Positions 10,791 through 21,276 of a stretch of DNA of 64,000 nucleotides are shown here, piece by piece. The stretch's first letter is position 1. Every line of letters begins with the position of its first letter. Made by a program: the position numbers and the translations under genes. The notes below the pieces were generated by a model. It saw only the letters and a program-made list of their open reading frames with translations, made no database searches and was not told where the DNA came from. The DNA lies in contig CAVWLP010000002.1 in the NCBI GenBank assembly GCA_963755915.1, positions 2,528,001 to 2,592,000 of the forward strand. The letters run 5' to 3'. This DNA comes from an uncultured Phycisphaerales bacterium. Lineage in GTDB: Bacteria > Planctomycetota > Phycisphaerae > Tepidisphaerales > Tepidisphaeraceae.

Positions 10791-11681
10791 TCATTTGCAA
10801 ACCACGTATAAGGTTCCAGCCGGCTTTTCCACGGGAAAGAGGCGCCGATTATTCCTAATCTCAGACCAGCCGGGGTATTTTGCAAGCTTTGGACCCGCGC
10901 GAAAAACCACTAGGTCGCCCTGAACGTTGGACGTAATTGTTAACCCCACGAAAGGTACAACGATCCTGCTAGAATCCGATTGGAGCGCGCCACGGGCGTT
11001 AATGTCGTGTACTTCATCATCGACCAAGGCAGCCGCCAAATATTCTGCTTCGCTTGGCAAGCGGACCATGGCCCAAGAGCAGTAGGCGACAGCATCGCGG
11101 TAGCTCAAGAATTTCGCTTCAAATCGCTCTCGCTCCTCTGCGGGCAATATCGCCACAAAAGGATTGTCTTGGAAGTTTGCTTGCAATCCGCCGACTCTTT
11201 CTGCTGATGTCCGGTATCCGGTTTCGCGACGAAATTGCAGCATTTGACCGATATTTATTGGCTTCGAAAAAATGTTAAATGACGAAACCGTTTCGACGTG
11301 CGAATCTTCGAAAGTTACAAGGCGACCGGCGATCGTCATGCATAGTTCAGTTCCTCCATGCCAATCGCCCGGCGCTGGAAACCCAATTACAATACGCTCA
11401 ATTGCCGGAAAGTTATCTCCAAGCTCCCTAAAGAGTATGTCAATGCAGTCTGCGCAGACCCACTGGATCGAAACAACGATTTCATGCGTCGACGGATCAT
11501 CCCGTACATTTAGATATTTGTGCGAGCATCGTACGTCGCATAGTGCCTGAACGCTGCGGCGAACCAACCATGCTTTTAAAAACTCCTCGACTTGGCGAGA
11601 CGGTAATCCTCCAACGTCTTTCAAACACAATCGGAACGTGTAGGGCTCAAAGTCGACTATTGGTAGCTTTTGGATTGTCAT
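10791..11681 (-). CDS. Hypothetical protein with degenerate FGE-sulfatase (SUMF1)-like domain
   Basis: F..ETGYRTSAE and SYRDAVAYCSWAMVRLPSEAEY motifs. Visibly lower GC than neighbours. Confidence 0.6.
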   Translation of the reverse strand: MTIQKLPIVDFEPYTFRLCLKDVGGLPSRQVEEFLKAWLVRRSVQALCDVRCSHKYLNVRDDPSTHEIVVSIQWVCADCIDILFRELGDNFPAIERIVIGFPAPGDWHGGTELCMTIAGRLVTFEDSHVETVSSFNIFSKPINIGQMLQFRRETGYRTSAERVGGLQANFQDNPFVAILPAEERERFEAKFLSYRDAVAYCSWAMVRLPSEAEYLAAALVDDEVHDINARGALQSDSSRIVVPFVGLTITSNVQGDLVVFRAGPKLAKYPGWSEIRNNRRLFPVEKPAGTLYVVCK

Positions 11682-11740
11682 CGATCCACTTTGCTGTTTG
11701 TTAGGCCAATGCTGGGCCGCCAAGGGCAATTAAAAGTGAC

Positions 11741-11808
11741 GGGCAATCAAAAGTAATGCAAGCCATTATATCGATTTCTGCTTTTTTTCCGGCCGTTTTC
11801 TGCATCCT
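11741..11808 (-). repeat. ~68-bp direct repeat copy 1 containing minus-strand TATAAT
   Basis: gggcaatcaaaagtaatgcaagccattatatcgatttctgctttttttccggccgttttctgcatcct matches 12967-13034. Confidence 0.75.
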
Positions 11809-11874
11809 CCGGGGCGGCGGCGCGGACCCATCGTATTCTCGAGGCGCAACGCCTTACCTTTATTTCATGCAATG

Positions 11875-12424
<550 letters not shown>

Positions 12425-12581
12425 TACGGAAGAGTAACGGCGATGGGGTAGATTGGCGACGTTAGGCCGGTTCGGGGCTGGGATATCTAAAAGTGTTCGC
12501 GTTACTTTTAGTTCGTTCACCTTTATTTCACACTACGTTAAAAGACGGAATGCTCCAATGATTGAGAATCTGGCCTTTACC

Positions 12582-12947
12582 TTAAAAAATATGCCCAAAG
12601 AGAACCATGTAAATGCTAAGAAGGAGTCCGGGCACATTGACAACCAGGTTAAGGCAAATTGCGTAGGCCCCCAAGCGGCTAGTGGGCCATCGCAGGTAAA
12701 TCAATGATAAAATTGCGGTATACATGGCAAGCATCCAAATTGCCCAAAACAGTTGATAGAACGTGCGCGGCAATTCGAGCTGTGAATTCATGCAATAGTA
12801 AATTACCCAGCAGGCTAGTCCTGGCACAGACAAAAGAATCGTCAAAGCAGGATGGCTCATTATGGATTTTTTTTGCCGTAAGACGGGTTGCCCATAGTGG
12901 AGTATTCGAGGGGCATCTTCATCCTTCAGGCGATCATCGTTTTGCAT
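12582..12947 (-). CDS. Small hypothetical membrane protein (about 3 TM), low GC
   Basis: Three hydrophobic segments and an N-terminal ILHYG motif. Confidence 0.5.
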   Translation of the reverse strand: MQNDDRLKDEDAPRILHYGQPVLRQKKSIMSHPALTILLSVPGLACWVIYYCMNSQLELPRTFYQLFWAIWMLAMYTAILSLIYLRWPTSRLGAYAICLNLVVNVPGLLLSIYMVLFGHIF

Positions 12948-12966
12948 GATTTTTGCGCAGCGCGTG

Positions 12967-13034
12967 GGACAATTAAATGTGACGCAAACCATTATATCGA
13001 TTTCTCCCGTTTTTCCGGCCGTTTTCTCCATCCT
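12967..13034 (-). repeat. ~68-bp direct repeat copy 2 containing minus-strand TATAAT
   Basis: ggacaattaaatgtgacgcaaaccattatatcgatttctcccgtttttccggccgttttctccatcct. Confidence 0.75.
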
Positions 13035-13308
13035 TCGCGGCGGCCGCAATCCGGCGACTGCTTCACCATTTTCTCCTCGGCCTCGGCCGTCGGCAAGTTG
13101 ATGATCTGGAGCCAGCGCGGCGGCGTCACCTTCTATTCTCTCGACAAGGGGTCAGTTTCGTCCCTATGGCCCAACACACGTTACATCCCGCGGTTATTGA
13201 GAATTAAACAAACCCCGCGCAATCGCCGCCGCCACACCAGTTTAAATCAAAATAAGTTATCGTTTGCTAACTAATTCGCGAAAAACGTAACAAAACGTAA
13301 CATTCTGT

Positions 13309-14798
13309 CATTGCCGTTCGGTACACGATTCGCTTGTTGCCGATTCTTGCGCTTGCGCGATGCGCTATGGTATGTCAGCATAGGGGTTGGTGCTGGAACT
13401 TCAGATCAAGGATGTTCCGTTTGGGCTGCTCACTCGCGTGTTGCCGCTGCTGGATCGGCTCCATGAGGTTGGAACCGAGCGCGACACGGCCGGCAATCGA
13501 CAACTCTTCTTCGACGACTACGTCAAGCTCGTTCTAGTCTACCTCATCACGCCGATGATCGAATCGATCAGCGGCCTGCAGTGCGCCATGGAACTGCCGC
13601 GACTGGCCAAACAACTGGGCATCAAGGATTTTTCCAAAGCCAGTTTCTCAAGGCGCCCGTGGTCTTCCAGCCGCGGGAGTTGATCCGGGTGATTGAAGAG
13701 CTGACCGGCGATTTACACCGGTTGCCTCGCGATCCGCGACTGGCCGATATCCACCACGCCATCACGCTCGTGGACGGGACGCTGATCAAGGCATTGCCCA
13801 GGCTCATCGAGACGCTCTACAACGCCAAACGGCGTTGTCTCACCCCAGCCCGCTGTACCGGGCAAGAAGCGCCCGACGCCGGGGCTTATCACGCCTGGCG
13901 CATTCACACCCTGCTGGACCTGGACACGATGGTTCCGCAACGGGTGCGTCTGACCGGTGGAAGCCCGCGCGGCTCGAACAACGAACGACGCGTGCTGGAG
14001 GCGATGCTGGAGCCGGGCCGGCTCTACGTCGCCGACCGTGGCTACTTCGACAAGCCGCTGATAAACCGCATCGTCCAGGCCCACAGCCTTTATGTCTTTC
14101 GCGCCATCGACGACCTGAAGTACCAAGTGGTCGAGGAACGCAAGCTCAGTGCCCAGGCGATTGAGGAGGGCGTGATCCGCGACGCGGTGGTGCGGTTGGA
14201 AGGCCTGGATCACCCGACGCGGCTGGTGGTCGTGAAGGCCGAGGTTCATGCCAAACGCACCCGCAAAGGTTACGTCCCCAGCAGCGGACAGATGAGGTTC
14301 CTGTGTCCGGACCTGGTACTGGCGCCGGAGCTGATCTCGATCTTGTATCGCTACCGCTGGACCATCGAGACCTTTTTCAAATTCATGAAACAACTGCTGG
14401 GGTGCCGCCATTTACTGAGCCAGCGCAAGACCGGCGTGGAGATCCAGATCTACTGCGCGGTGATCGTGTGCATGCTGCTGAATCTGACCACCGGGTTGAA
14501 GCCGGCCAGGGCCGTCATGGAACGGATCATGTGGTATCTGCTGGGCTTTGCCGATGTTCAGGACGTCCAGCGGCAGATTGAAAGAACGCGGCGGGAGCAG
14601 GAGGCCCGCGCCAAAAAACGAGGCCATTAATTCCGGCTGCGTTCTCGAGTTCGCTGGCCGGCGGTTGATGCTGTGCGCTACTCAACCCCCCATTCGCCCC
14701 CGCATCGGTTCTCAAGCAGAATGATCTGCCGCATCGCTCCCCCAGCCGAATGGTTGCCGATTTTCCCCTAGCCGCAAACAAAGTACCGAACGACAATG
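13309..14798 (+). mobile_element. IS4-family insertion sequence, 1490 bp
   Basis: 16-bp terminal IRs CATTGCCGTTCGGTAC / revcomp of GTACCGAACGACAATG (1 mismatch). 9-bp target duplication ACATTCTGT at 13300-13308 and 14799-14807. Confidence 0.92.
13387..14630 (+). CDS. IS4-family DDE transposase (frameshift at ~13650)
   Basis: LVDGT, YVADRGY, YRYRWTIETFFKFMKQ (YREK signature). N-terminus is in ORF 13387..13683. Confidence 0.9.
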
Positions 14799-14834
14799 AC
14801 ATTCTGTAACATTGCTCTTTTTCCTTCTATAAGC

Positions 14835-15332
14835 TCACACCATTCCGTGGGCCGCTTTGTAGAGGTTCCAGGTCAGGTGGATCTGGCCCTGATGGTGGGC
14901 TTCGTGCCAGGCGAGGAGGGTGATGGCTTCGGCGACGGTGCGGGTTTTTCCGCCGGGGGCGGGGAATTGGCGCTTTAGAGACTCGGGGGTTTGCTCGGCG
15001 GCGTATTTTTTGAGGGGCTCGTAAGTGGCGGCGAGCTTTTGGCGGATTAGGGCCAGAGAGGGGACGTTGGCGTCGGACGGCGTCGATCCGCCGGCGAAGG
15101 CGGCGACGAGGTCCTGGTCTTTGGGAGTGGCCTGGAGGATGCCGGAGTTGAGGTAGCGGTCGTGGGTGGCGGCGCAGTGCATGAATTGCCAGCCGATGTG
15201 TGCCCGGCCGGGGCCGGGGCGCCAGGCGAGAACTTGGCGCGAGTCCTGGCCGCTTTTTTCGATGGTGTCGAGAATGCCCAGGAGACGGGCACGGGAGAAT
15301 TCGAGTGCGGCGATGAGAGATTCGCTGTCCAT
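14835..15332 (-). CDS. DinB-family protein
   Basis: HIGWQFMH and C-terminal WHEAHHQGQI motif. Confidence 0.85.
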   Translation of the reverse strand: MDSESLIAALEFSRARLLGILDTIEKSGQDSRQVLAWRPGPGRAHIGWQFMHCAATHDRYLNSGILQATPKDQDLVAAFAGGSTPSDANVPSLALIRQKLAATYEPLKKYAAEQTPESLKRQFPAPGGKTRTVAEAITLLAWHEAHHQGQIHLTWNLYKAAHGMV

Positions 15333-15440
15333 ATTGGATTCCTTATTTACAAAAAGAGGGATGGCTGGCGCACAAATGCCCGCCCCGTTTGGGCAGCGCC
15401 TCGCTGGGACTTTCCTGCTCCGCCGTGCTTGGTGCCAGGA

Positions 15441-15527
15441 CTACTGCTTCTGGCTCTTCTTGACGACGAAATAGACGATGATCAGCACTACACCAAGACC
15501 GATCAGAAGATATTCATACGTTGGCAT
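15441..15527 (-). CDS. Small single-TM protein, 28 aa (MPTYEYLLIGLGVVLIIVYFVVKKSQKQ)
   Basis: Translated by hand. Clean ATG..TAG, one hydrophobic helix and a basic tail. Below the length cut-off of the ORF track. Confidence 0.65.
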   Translation of the reverse strand: MPTYEYLLIGLGVVLIIVYFVVKKSQKQ

Positions 15528-15637
15528 ATGGCGGGAATTCTAAACTTTCGGGCTGGGATTGCCAAGGTTTTAAGTGATTGCCCGACAGGGGCGATTGACG
15601 TTGGTTCTGACGCGGTTAAAACACGGCTGGCAGGGAT

Positions 15638-16863
15638 ATGGCGGCGTCGATAAAGGACATCCTCGACTGGATTTCGGGGCAGCAGCCGCGGATGGTGCGG
15701 CGCGTCGTTGAGTGGGCGGAGATAAACAGCTATTCGTTCAATGTGGCGGGGTTGAAAAACCTTAGTGGGGTGATCGAGCGGGATTTTCGGTGCTGGGAGG
15801 GGAGGTTCGGAGGCACGATCTGCCGGCGGCGACATTTCTGGATTCGCGGGCGCAGATGGTGAGCAAGCCGCTGGGGGAGGCGATCAGTTTTATGAAGCGA
15901 CCTGGCGCGGGGGTGAAGATTCTGCTGAACATTCATATGGACACGGTGTATGCGCCGGAGGCGGGGTTCGCGAAAGTGAAGGAGGCGGAGGGGAAGTTAG
16001 TGGGGCCGGGGGTGGCGGATGCGAAAGGGGGACTTGCGGTGATGCTGACGGCGCTGGAGGCGCTGGAGCGGAGCGAGCATGCCCAGCGCGTCGGGTGGAC
16101 AGTGGTGATCAATCCGGATGAGGAGATCGGGTCGCCGGGGTCGGCGGGGCTGCTGGCGGAATTGGCGAAGGGGCATCAGTTTGGGTTGCTGTTTGAGCCG
16201 GCACTTCCGGATGGGGCGTTGGTGGAAAGGCGAAGGGGGTCGGGGAATTTTTCGATTGTGGTGCGCGGGCGGGCAGCGCATGCGGGGCGCGATTTCGCGG
16301 CGGGAAGAAGCGCGCTGCTGGCGGCGGCGAAACTAGCGCTGGAGCTGCATGGGCTCAATGCGTCGTTGCCGGGAGTGACGGTGAATGTGGGGTCGATTGA
16401 TGGCGGGGCGCCGGCGAATGTGGTGCCGGACCTGGCGGTGTGCCGGATTAATATTCGGACGACGGAGCCGGCGGACGAGGTGCGGGTGAAGGGGGAGGTC
16501 GAAAAATTGGTTGCGGATTTGAATCGGATGGATGGGATTCGGGCGGAGCTGCATGGGCATTTTGCGTCGCCGCCGAAGATTTTGGATGAGCGGACGGGGC
16601 GGCTGCTGGGGGCGATTGTTTCGTGTGGGAAGGAGCTGGGGATGAACCTCGGCACGCGGGCTTCGGGGGGGGCATCGGATGGGAATCGGCTGATGGCGGC
16701 GGGGCTGGCGAATATCGACAGCCTGGGGGTGCGGGGGGACCGGATTCATAGTTCGGAGGAATATCTGATTCCGCAAAGCCTGCCGGAAAGAGCGCAACTC
16801 ACGGCGCTGCTGATGCTTAAAATCGCGGCGGGGGATATTGATGCGGGGGTGTTTTGCCGATGA
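15638..16863 (+). CDS. M20-family metallo-hydrolase in the ast cluster (frameshift at ~15785)
   Basis: INSYS N-terminus, HMDTVY, GPGVADAKGG, NPDEEIGS, GRAAHAG, SDGN, IHSSEE. Confidence 0.88.
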
Positions 16864-16885
16864 AGGGTTCATTGGTGCGCGTAGA

Positions 16886-16915
16886 GCGCTCCCCTTCGGG
16901 TCGCGGCTAAACGGG
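16886..16915. repeat. REP-like short repeat, second copy at 60007-60036
   Basis: gcgctccccttcgggtcgcggctaaacggg vs gcgcttcccttcgggttgcggctaaacggg (28/30 identical). Confidence 0.7.
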
Positions 16916-16943
16916 AAGAGGGGGATAAGCGTAGAATATTTTT

Positions 16944-18038
16944 GTGGTTTTGATTCGTCCAGTTTCGATAGGCGATCTCGACCAGTTGGTTGCGCTGGCC
17001 GAGCAGGCGGGCGTTGGGCTGACGACGCTGCCGAGCGATCGGAATCTGCTGAAGCGGCGAATCCTCAAGTCGCAGCGGAGCATGGAGAATATTCCGGATC
17101 GGCCGGGGGGCGAAAGTTTTCTACTGGTGATGCAGGATGTGGAGTCGAAGAAGATCATCGGGGCGAGCGGGGTGGTGACGAAGGTGGGGGGGTTTGAGCC
17201 GTTCTATGCATATCGGCTGGAGAACCAGGGGCTGGACTCGGATTTTTTGAAGATTCACAAGCAGATCACCGTGCTTCAGCTTGTGCGGGAGCATGATGGG
17301 CCGGCGGAGCTGGGGTCGCTGTTTCTGTCGCCGGACTATCGGAAGAAGGATTACGGACGGTTTCTTCAGCTGGTGCGATTTTTGTTTGTGGCGCAGTATC
17401 CGCAGGCGTTTGAGCCGGTGGTGGTGTCGGAGCTGCGCGGGGTGATCGACGGGGAGGGGCGCTCGGCATTCTGGGATGCGGTGGGGCGGCATTTTTTTGA
17501 GATCGATTTCCGGCGGGCGGATTATCTGAGCGTGGTGAACAAGAAGTTCATCGCGGATTTGATGCCGAAGTATCCGATTTACGTTCCGCTGTTGCCGGCG
17601 GAGGCGCAGGCGGTGATTGGGAAGATTCACGAATCGAGCCGGCCGGCGCAGAAGAATCTGGAGGGCGAGGGGTTTGCGTTCAGCGGGATGGTGGACATTT
17701 TTGATGCGGGGCCATGCGTGAGCTGCCGGCGGGATGACATTCGCACGGTGCGCGAGAGCCGGACGGCGGTGGTGGAGGAGGTTGATTCCAAGGCGATTGA
17801 ATCGGCGACGTATATGATCGGATGTTATGATCCGGCGTTTCGGGCGAGCATGGGGAAGCTGCGGGTTATCGGGGACTATCGGGTGGGAATTGAGTCGGGG
17901 CTGGCGGACGTGCTGGGGGTCGGGGAGGGATCGACGGTGAGATACGCAAGTCTTCGGTCTGAGGTGGGGACGGCCAAACTGGTCTCGAAGCCCGCCGTTT
18001 CTGTCGGCAAGGATGTGGCGAATGACTCGGACAAATGA
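16944..18038 (+). CDS. astA: Arginine N-succinyltransferase
   Basis: LIRPV..DL..L, GLTTLP, ELGSLFL.P.YR, SELRGVID..GRSAFW, FIADLMPKYPIY, VDIFDAGP. Confidence 0.93.
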   Translation: MVLIRPVSIGDLDQLVALAEQAGVGLTTLPSDRNLLKRRILKSQRSMENIPDRPGGESFLLVMQDVESKKIIGASGVVTKVGGFEPFYAYRLENQGLDSDFLKIHKQITVLQLVREHDGPAELGSLFLSPDYRKKDYGRFLQLVRFLFVAQYPQAFEPVVVSELRGVIDGEGRSAFWDAVGRHFFEIDFRRADYLSVVNKKFIADLMPKYPIYVPLLPAEAQAVIGKIHESSRPAQKNLEGEGFAFSGMVDIFDAGPCVSCRRDDIRTVRESRTAVVEEVDSKAIESATYMIGCYDPAFRASMGKLRVIGDYRVGIESGLADVLGVGEGSTVRYASLRSEVGTAKLVSKPAVSVGKDVANDSDK

Positions 18039-19491
18039 CCAGGGCGATCCAGATTGTGGCGGAACCGATCGGAGGCCCTCACCCCTGCTCCCGACAGGTC
18101 GGGACTTCGCTTCGCTCAGCCTCCAATCCCCCGGAGTACCGGGAGAGGGGGTAAGAAAGGCGCGGGGGGCGTTTGCGGGGTGGTCGTCGAAATCAGTTGA
18201 GGAGCGCGGCGAGTTTTTGAGAAGGCTGGAGAGTCAGTACTGGGCGAATAAGGAGGAGATTGCCCGGGGGATTTCGCAGGAGACGGGCAAGCCGTATTGG
18301 GAATCGCGCCAGGAAGTGGATGCGATGGCGAATAAGATTCCGATTTCAATCGAGGCGTATCAGGATCGGTGCCGGGAGGTGAAGAAGGCGCTGCCGGATG
18401 CGACGGGGTTTACGCGATTTCGTCCGCATGGGGTTTTGGCGGTGCTGGGGCCGTTTAATATGCCGGGGCATTTGCCGAATGGGCATATCGTTCCGGCGGT
18501 GCTGGCGGGGAATACGGTGGTGCTGAAGCCGAGCGAATTGACGCCGAAATCGGGGGAGATTTTTGTGCGGTGTTTTGCGGCGGCGGGGTTTCCGGAAGGC
18601 GTGTTCAATCTGGTGCAGGGGGGGAAGGATGTGGGGGCGGAATTGGCGGGGCATGCGGATGTGAATGGGGTTTTGTTTACGGGGAGCACGGGAGGGGGGA
18701 TTGCGCTGCGGCGGGCGTGCGCGGATCAGCCGGGGAAAATATTGGCGCTGGAGATGGGGGGAAATAATCCGCTGATTGTGCATCAAGCGGGAGACCTGGC
18801 GGCGGCGGTTTATCTGATTATTCAGTCGGCGTATGTGACGGCGGGGCAGAGGTGTAGCTGTGCGCGGCGATTGATTCTGGTTCGGGGAGAGGAATCGGAT
18901 GCGTTAGTGCAGCGGCTGGTTTCGGCGATTGAAAAGATTCGCGTGGGGATGCCGGGGGATGAGCCGGAAGCGTTTATGGGGCCAGTGATTTCGACGGAGG
19001 CGGCGCGGACGATTCTGCTGCATCAGGTGCATCTGGTCAGCCTCGGGGGCAAGGCGCTGGTGGCGACGAAGCGCTTGCCGCGGCATCCGGGTTTGCTGAC
19101 GCCGGGATTGATCGATGTGACGGAGGTGGAGAATTGGCCGGATATTGAAGTCTTCGGCCCGCTTTTGCAGTTGATTTTCGTTGAGAATTTCGAGGCGGCT
19201 ATCGAGGAGGCGAATCGCACGAGCTACGGGCTTTCCTGCGCGTTGATTTCGGAGAATGCGGGGTTGTACGAGCAGTTTCTGCGGGGGATTCGCGGGGGGG
19301 TGATTGCTTGGAATCGGCCGATGACGGGGGCGAGCAGCCATTTGCCGTTTGGGGGGATTGGGAATTCGGGGAATCATCGGCCGGGCGGATATTTTGCGGC
19401 GGATTATGCGGCGTATCCGGTGGCGGCGCTGGAATCGGCGACGGCGCGGATTCCGGAGAAGCTTCCACCGGGGCTGGAAATTTCGCGGTGA
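18013..19491 (+). CDS. astD: N-succinylglutamate 5-semialdehyde dehydrogenase
   Basis: RFRPHGVLAVLGPFNMPGHLPNGHIVPA, LALEMGGNNPL, TAGQRCSCARR, GNSGNHRP. Start uncertain because a repeat lies in the 5' end. Confidence 0.93.
   Translation: MWRMTRTNDQGDPDCGGTDRRPSPLLPTGRDFASLSLQSPGVPGEGVRKARGAFAGWSSKSVEERGEFLRRLESQYWANKEEIARGISQETGKPYWESRQEVDAMANKIPISIEAYQDRCREVKKALPDATGFTRFRPHGVLAVLGPFNMPGHLPNGHIVPAVLAGNTVVLKPSELTPKSGEIFVRCFAAAGFPEGVFNLVQGGKDVGAELAGHADVNGVLFTGSTGGGIALRRACADQPGKILALEMGGNNPLIVHQAGDLAAAVYLIIQSAYVTAGQRCSCARRLILVRGEESDALVQRLVSAIEKIRVGMPGDEPEAFMGPVISTEAARTILLHQVHLVSLGGKALVATKRLPRHPGLLTPGLIDVTEVENWPDIEVFGPLLQLIFVENFEAAIEEANRTSYGLSCALISENAGLYEQFLRGIRGGVIAWNRPMTGASSHLPFGGIGNSGNHRPGGYFAADYAAYPVAALESATARIPEKLPPGLEISR
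18076..18151. repeat. REP-like element (CCCTCACCCC...CCCGGAGTACCGGGAGAGGG family) inside the 5' end of astD
   Basis: Hairpins tcccgac-ag-gtcggga and cccgg-agta-ccggg. Related elements at 23944-24015 and 49926-49966. Confidence 0.7.
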
Positions 19492-19497
19492 AGAGCG

Positions 19498-20826
19498 ATG
19501 GCGACCGAGGAGACAAATTTCGACGCGATCCCGGGGCCGACGCATAACTATGGGGGCCTTGCGGCGGGGAACTTGGCGTCGATGGCGCATACGCACCAGG
19601 TGTCAAATCCACGGCAGGCGGCGCTGCAGGGTTTGGAGAAGATGAAATTTCTATGCGATATGGGGATTTCGCAGGCGGTGCTGCCGCCGCACGAACGGCC
19701 GGATGTTGGGACGCTGCGGCGGCTGGGGTTTGGGGGGTCGGATGGACAGGTGCTGGAATCGGCGGCGAAATTTCCGGCGATCCTGGCGGCGTGCGGATCG
19801 GCGTCGGCGATGTGGGCGGCGAATGCGGCGACGGTTTCGCCCAGCGCGGATACGGCGGATGGACGGCTGCACTTTACGCCGGCGAACCTCATTTCGCAGT
19901 TTCATCGGTCGCTGGAATCGGGGACGACGGCGGCGATCTTGAAGGCGATTTTTGCGGATGAGTCGGCGTTTGCGCACCATGCGCGGCTGCCGGCGTCCGG
20001 GCAGTTTGCGGATGAGGGGGCGGCGAACCATATGCGGCTGGCGACAACGCATGAGGGGAAGGGGCTGGAGATATTCGTGTATGGGCGGAGAGCGCTGGAG
20101 GACAACGTGCGGGCGCCGAAGCGGTTTCCGGCACGGCAGACAATGGAGGCGTCACAGGCGGTGGCTCGGCTGCATCAGCTTGAAGCGAAGAACGTCCTGC
20201 TGCTGCAGCAGAATCCGGCGGCGATCGACGCGGGGGCGTTCCATAATGACGTGGTGGCAGTGGGGAACGTGAACGTGCTGCTGTATCACGAAAAGGCGTT
20301 TGCGGAACCGGATGAGGCGGCGCTGCGGGAGCGGTTTGAAAAAGGTGGATGTCACCTGTTGCGGGTGCCGGAAGTGCAGGTGCCGCTGGGGGATGCGATC
20401 CGGTCGTATTTGTTTAACAGTCAAATCGTTTCGCTGCCGGACGGGTCGATGGCGGTGATCGCGCCGATTGAGGCGAAGGAGAATGCGAGTGCGAGGGAAT
20501 TTCTGGAGGGGCTGGTAGGGCGGGGGACGCCGATCAAGACGGTGCATTTTGTGGATGTGCGGCAGAGCATGCACAACGGGGGCGGGCCCGCGTGCCTGAG
20601 GCTGCAGGTGGTGATGACCAACCTGGAGCGGGCGCTGGCGAATCCGGATGTGTTTTTGAATGACAAGGTTTATTCGACGCTGAAAGTCTGGATCAACCGG
20701 CATTATCGGGACCGGCTCCTGCCGGCGGATTTGGCAGATCCGAAATTGCTGGAGGAGTCGCGCAGGGCGCTGTCGGAGCTTACTTCGATTTTGGGGTTGG
20801 GGTCGATTTATCCGTTTCAGTCATGA
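19498..20826 (+). CDS. astB: N-succinylarginine dihydrolase
   Basis: NFDAIPGPTHNYGGL, SNPRQAALQGLEKMK, SASAMWAANAATVSPSADT, DEGAANH, FHNDVVAV, SMHNGGGPACLRL. Confidence 0.96.
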   Translation: MATEETNFDAIPGPTHNYGGLAAGNLASMAHTHQVSNPRQAALQGLEKMKFLCDMGISQAVLPPHERPDVGTLRRLGFGGSDGQVLESAAKFPAILAACGSASAMWAANAATVSPSADTADGRLHFTPANLISQFHRSLESGTTAAILKAIFADESAFAHHARLPASGQFADEGAANHMRLATTHEGKGLEIFVYGRRALEDNVRAPKRFPARQTMEASQAVARLHQLEAKNVLLLQQNPAAIDAGAFHNDVVAVGNVNVLLYHEKAFAEPDEAALRERFEKGGCHLLRVPEVQVPLGDAIRSYLFNSQIVSLPDGSMAVIAPIEAKENASAREFLEGLVGRGTPIKTVHFVDVRQSMHNGGGPACLRLQVVMTNLERALANPDVFLNDKVYSTLKVWINRHYRDRLLPADLADPKLLEESRRALSELTSILGLGSIYPFQS

Positions 20827-20973
20827 TCGGAAAGAGATTAACCGCGAAGACGCCAAGAGCGCGAAGAAAATGCGGAATTGGCCACAGATTTAAATCAGAT
20901 GCACCAGTGACCTTCCCCACGTTTGGTGGGCGCGGCCTGAAGCCGGATAATCCGGCTGAAGGAGCGAATTGCC

Positions 20974-21276
20974 ATGGGACGCAAACATTATTCCAGGGAG
21001 TTTCAGGACGAAGCCTGCAAACTCGTCACCGATCAAGGCTACACACAAAGGAAAGCGGCCCAGGAACTGGGCCTTCCGGTGCACATCGTGCATCACTGGA
21101 TGAAAAAACGTGGACTGATCAAGCCCGCGGCTGAGGAGCCCGCGTTTCCAGACACCAACGATCCGACGCTGCTCAAGGCCCGCATCCGCGAGTTGCAAAA
21201 GCAATTGCGGCGGGTCGAAACCGAGAAGGAGATTTTAAAAAAAGCGACGGCCTACTTCGCCAGCCAGAACCCATGA
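20974..21276 (+). CDS. IS3 transposase OrfA (HTH)
   Basis: RKHYSREFQ..A, EKEILKKATAYFA. A7G slippery motif at 21237-21244. Confidence 0.93.
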   Translation: MGRKHYSREFQDEACKLVTDQGYTQRKAAQELGLPVHIVHHWMKKRGLIKPAAEEPAFPDTNDPTLLKARIRELQKQLRRVETEKEILKKATAYFASQNP

